Of a stretch of DNA of 64,000 nucleotides, positions 60,938-64,000 are shown piece by piece. The stretch spans positions 1,887 through 65,886 of the forward strand of contig JACPPM010000078.1 in assembly GCA_016191015.1 (NCBI GenBank). The letters run 5' to 3'. This DNA is from Acidobacteriota bacterium (lineage in GTDB: Bacteria > Acidobacteriota > CAIWXX01). How positions within the stretch are numbered: the first letter of the stretch is position 1; every line of letters starts with the position of its first letter. Made by a program: the position numbers and the translations under genes. Below the pieces are notes generated by a model, which worked only from the letters and a program-made list of their open reading frames with translations, was not told the DNA's origin and did not search any database.

Positions 60938-61852
60938 TCATCTTACTCTGGGCGGCCTGCGCGACACAGCCTCCACGCCCTTCTCGAGAAGAAACCGGGC
61001 GAGCCGCCACAGCACACTCGGGCTGGTCAGCGTGGTGTAACCGAGGAGGGCGACATCTCGCGCCAGGATCGCAGGCAGGTGTTGGACGAACGCAGCCGGC
61101 CGGTCATTCTTCATGATCGTGAGATATCGGTTCTTCAGAATGTGAAAACGCACGATCGGACTCTTGCGTGTGAAGGCGAACCGCCCGGAGCCCGAGCTAC
61201 CCCCGCGATAGTGATAGGCGCGGGCGTCGTGCACGTAGTAAGCGCGCCAGCCTGCCCGGTGCGCACGCCAGCCGACGTCGAGATCCTCATAGAATGTGAA
61301 GAACTCCGGATCGAAGAAGTCACCTTTGTCCCGCACCCGTTGGACCATCTCACGGCGATACAGAACACACGCCCCACAGGCCGAGAAGACATACTCATCG
61401 CGGTCGTACTGCCCTTCGTCGCATTTCCCGTACCCACGCTCGCACGGCCACCGCGACGACGACAGGAACTGGCCCGTCGAATCGATCGTCCGGTGGTCGA
61501 AGCGCAAAATCTTGCCCGTGACCATCCCGACTAAGGGATCGCAGTCGAATACCGGAAGACATCTCTCCAGAAAGTCCCGTGCGACGACCACGTCGGGATT
61601 GCAGCATAGGATGTGATGCCCGACCGCCTCCCGGATCGCCTGATTGTTGGCGACCGCGAAGCCCGCATTCGACGGATTTTCAATCAACTCGATCCCATCA
61701 ATCGTCCGCAATCTCTCCAACGATCCATCACGGCTCGCGTTATCCACGACCCAGATGCGATGGAGCGGACGAGTCTGCGCCTTCAGAGACGCCAGGCAGT
61801 CGAAGACGAAGCGACCGCTGTTGTAGTTGACGACGACCGCATCGACGCTCAT
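60938..61852 (-). CDS. Glycosyltransferase family 2
   Basis: Start at the internal Met MSVDAVVVNYNS. DxD-type motif WVVDNASRDGS and a GT2 catalytic core. Confidence 0.7.
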   Translation of the reverse strand: MSVDAVVVNYNSGRFVFDCLASLKAQTRPLHRIWVVDNASRDGSLERLRTIDGIELIENPSNAGFAVANNQAIREAVGHHILCCNPDVVVARDFLERCLPVFDCDPLVGMVTGKILRFDHRTIDSTGQFLSSSRWPCERGYGKCDEGQYDRDEYVFSACGACVLYRREMVQRVRDKGDFFDPEFFTFYEDLDVGWRAHRAGWRAYYVHDARAYHYRGGSSGSGRFAFTRKSPIVRFHILKNRYLTIMKNDRPAAFVQHLPAILARDVALLGYTTLTSPSVLWRLARFLLEKGVEAVSRRPPRVR

Positions 61853-62646
61853 CCCGAGGCTCCAGCGCGTGAGGATTCGCCGCGGAGGAGGAGGCGGGTA
61901 TAGGGGTGCGCGGGATCGCTGCACAGAGCGGCGGTCAGCCCTTCCTCGACGATCCGGCCGCGGCACATCACCGCTGTCCGACGGCTGAGGCGTTGGGCGA
62001 ATCGCAGATCATGGGTGATCAGGAGTATCGCCAGCCGCCGCTCGATCTGGAGTCGCTCGAGCAGATCGGCGATCTGAGCGGCGGTACACGCATCCAGCGC
62101 CGAAGCCGGCTCATCTGCGACCAGCAGTTCGGGCGAGAGCACCAGGGCACGCGCAATCGCCACCCGCTGTTGCTGCCCGCCAGAGAGCTCATGCGGGTAG
62201 CTCGCCATCTGCGCCGCCGTCAGCCCCACCTCGGCCATGACCGCACCGACCCTCCCCTCGATCTCCTCACGCCTCAGCTCCGGAAAATGGACCTCGAGTG
62301 GCTCAGCTACCTGCGCGTTCACCCTCATGTGCGGATCCAACGACCGCGATGGGCTCTGGAACACGATCTGCATTCGTCGACGCAGCGCGAGCAGTTCGGC
62401 GGTGCCGAGCTCGTTCAGATCCGACCGCTCAAAAAAAACCCGCCCCGCCGTCGGTTCGATCAACCTCACGAGCAGCCGCCCGAGCGTCGTCTTCCCGGAC
62501 CCGGACTCGCCGACCAAAGCCACGCACTCTCCAACGCGAATCGCCACGTCCACACCGTCGACCGCCCGAATCAACGCGCGGCCCACACCTCGGCGGTAGT
62601 GTTTCCGCAGCGACACGCCTTGAAGCAGGACCACTTCGTCACTCAT
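61849..62646 (-). CDS. ABC transporter ATP-binding protein (OppF/DppF type)
   Basis: Start at MSDEVVLLQGVSL. Walker A GESGSGKTT. Signature LSGGQQQR. An Opp/Dpp-type C-terminal extension (PAHPYTRLL). Confidence 0.75.
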   Translation of the reverse strand: MSDEVVLLQGVSLRKHYRRGVGRALIRAVDGVDVAIRVGECVALVGESGSGKTTLGRLLVRLIEPTAGRVFFERSDLNELGTAELLALRRRMQIVFQSPSRSLDPHMRVNAQVAEPLEVHFPELRREEIEGRVGAVMAEVGLTAAQMASYPHELSGGQQQRVAIARALVLSPELLVADEPASALDACTAAQIADLLERLQIERRLAILLITHDLRFAQRLSRRTAVMCRGRIVEEGLTAALCSDPAHPYTRLLLRGESSRAGASG

Positions 62647-63559
62647 AGTGCACGCAACGGACTGCGCGCCCGTCCTTGCGGCACAGCTCGACATCTCGTG
62701 AATCGCATGCGGGTAAGCGCCGAGGACATCGCTCCCGGAACGCGCAGCCAGCCGGGAGGCTGAACATGTCGGGGGCGGAGCCGACCCCACCGGAACCTTC
62801 GAAGCGGCTGGCTCTCAACATCAACGCCGTGTAGGGATGCAGGGGCGTGCTCAGGACATCGCACACCGCTCCTTCCTCCACGATCCGTCCCGCGTACATC
62901 ACGGCGATCCTCTGGCAGAATCGCGAGATAACTGAGAGATCGTGCGAGATCAGGATCACGGACAGGGCGAGGCGGGTTCGGAGTGACGACAAGAGATCGA
63001 GCAGTTGCGTCTGGAGGACCGCGTCGATCGCCGACGTCGGCTCATCGGCGATCAGCAGAGAAGGCCGGGCGGCGAGCGCTGCCGCAAGCTGCGCCCGCTG
63101 AAGCATCCCGCCGCTCATCCTGTGTGGATACGCGCTCGCCACGTCGGGGTCCAGACCCACCAGCACCAACAACTCCTCGACTCGCGCGGCCACGCCCTCA
63201 GTCATGCGGTGGGCTTTCAGCACTTCCGCGATATGCTGTCCGATCCGGGCCAGCGGGTCGAAGCTCGGTTCCTGGAAGACAATTGCGATATCTCTCCCGC
63301 GGATCCCGCGCATTTCCACGGGGTCGATCGCCAGGAGGTCGCGCCCGCGGAACGATATCGAGCCGCTGATCTCCCCCTTGATCGGAAGCGTCCGAATGAT
63401 CGTCGATGCCAGCGTCGATTTCCCGCTTCCGCTCTCGCCTGCGATCCCCAGTGCCTCTCCTTCAGCGAGGTCCAGGTCGATTCCGCGCAGCACCAGCACA
63501 GGTCCGCGGCGGGTCTGCAACGTGACGCGCAATGCCCGGAGGTTCAGGAGCGAATTCAC
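62639..63559 (-). CDS. ABC transporter ATP-binding protein (OppD/DppD type)
   Basis: Walker A GESGSGKST. Signature MSGGMLQR. C-terminal PLHPYTALML. Adjacent to the OppF-like gene. No permease or substrate-binding-protein gene is visible in the window. Confidence 0.75.
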   Translation of the reverse strand: MNSLLNLRALRVTLQTRRGPVLVLRGIDLDLAEGEALGIAGESGSGKSTLASTIIRTLPIKGEISGSISFRGRDLLAIDPVEMRGIRGRDIAIVFQEPSFDPLARIGQHIAEVLKAHRMTEGVAARVEELLVLVGLDPDVASAYPHRMSGGMLQRAQLAAALAARPSLLIADEPTSAIDAVLQTQLLDLLSSLRTRLALSVILISHDLSVISRFCQRIAVMYAGRIVEEGAVCDVLSTPLHPYTALMLRASRFEGSGGVGSAPDMFSLPAGCAFRERCPRRLPACDSRDVELCRKDGRAVRCVHYE

Positions 63560-64000
63560 ACAGTCACGCGCTCCTGGTATTCGCCAAAGACAGTGCGCAG
63601 CGTGTGAGAAACTTCACCGACCGTGGCCCCGCACTTCACGCACTCGACGACCAGCGGCATGATGTTGTCGGACCCGGCGGCCGCCGACCGCAGTGCGTTC
63701 AGGGCGGCGTCGACCTGGGCCGCGTTTCGCGTCGCGCGGAATGCCCGCAGGCGATCCTGCTGGTCACTCTCGAGCTCGGGGGGGACCCTCAGAATCGTCA
63801 TGTCCCGCTCCCGCTCGATCTCGAATCGATTGACGCCGACCACCACCTCCTCTCCGGTCTCGACCGAACGCTGGTAGCGGTACGAGCTGTCCTGGATCTC
63901 GCGCTGCACAAACCCGCTCTCGATGCATCGAATCATCCCGCCCATGCTGTCGATCTTCCGGATGTACTCTGTGGCGCGTGCCTCGATTTCGTCCGTCATC
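63556..64000 (-). CDS. Methylmalonyl-CoA mutase family, catalytic (substrate-binding) subunit, partial. The N-terminus lies beyond the window end.
   Basis: C-terminal blocks of the MCM (beta/alpha)8 domain: GGMIRCIESGFVQREIQDSSYRYQRSVETGEEVVVGVNRF ... NIMPLVVECVKCGATVGEVSHTLRTVFGEY. A stop follows with no B12-binding domain, so this is a split-type mutase. Confidence 0.65.
   Translation of the reverse strand, partial: MTDEIEARATEYIRKIDSMGGMIRCIESGFVQREIQDSSYRYQRSVETGEEVVVGVNRFEIERERDMTILRVPPELESDQQDRLRAFRATRNAAQVDAALNALRSAAAGSDNIMPLVVECVKCGATVGEVSHTLRTVFGEYQERVTV

Overview
This 64 kb window is high-GC (about 65%), densely coding bacterial chromosome. Gene content looks Acidobacteria- or Gemmatimonadetes-like (PBP1C/alpha-2-macroglobulin pair, GldG-like ABC, PATAN/DUF4388 proteins), but that placement is inference. 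The first half is housekeeping: miaA-hfq-hflX (minus strand), secA, guaB, the alpha-2-macroglobulin plus PBP1C pair, argS, a GldA/F/G-like ABC transporter with a DUF4340 partner, selA, rsmD, and an ECF sigma/anti-sigma pair behind a transglutaminase-like gene. The second half (about 44.4-62 kb) is an accessory glycosylation island. It starts with a pseudaminic-acid-type nonulosonic acid pathway (PseG, PseI/NeuB, cytidylyltransferase, ATP-grasp ligase, SDR dehydratase, sugar nucleotidyltransferase). The flagellar stator genes flbD-motA-motB sit inside it, followed by a Wzx-type flippase, methyltransferases, several GT4 and GT2 glycosyltransferases and a DegT aminotransferase, which suggests a flagellin/surface glycosylation locus. 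The strongest unannotated signals are two repeat families. One is a 212-bp MITE-like element with terminal inverted repeats and clean 11-bp target-site duplications, in four copies plus one fragment. All copies sit in promoter regions and generate spurious ORFs. The other is a roughly 245-bp structured direct repeat present twice, once upstream of secA and once upstream of a small Cys-rich secreted protein gene. Other things worth a look are a standalone Cas6-like protein with no CRISPR array, two PATAN/DUF4388 proteins (one fused to DnaJ and TPR), a PilZ plus pseudo-receiver protein, and a 57-aa ORF with a strong Shine-Dalgarno site that is absent from the ORF track. No rRNA, tRNA or CRISPR array was found. 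Many long antisense ORFs in the supplied track are high-GC artefacts. Coordinates for internally adjusted starts are offsets from the supplied ORF ends and may be off by a codon.
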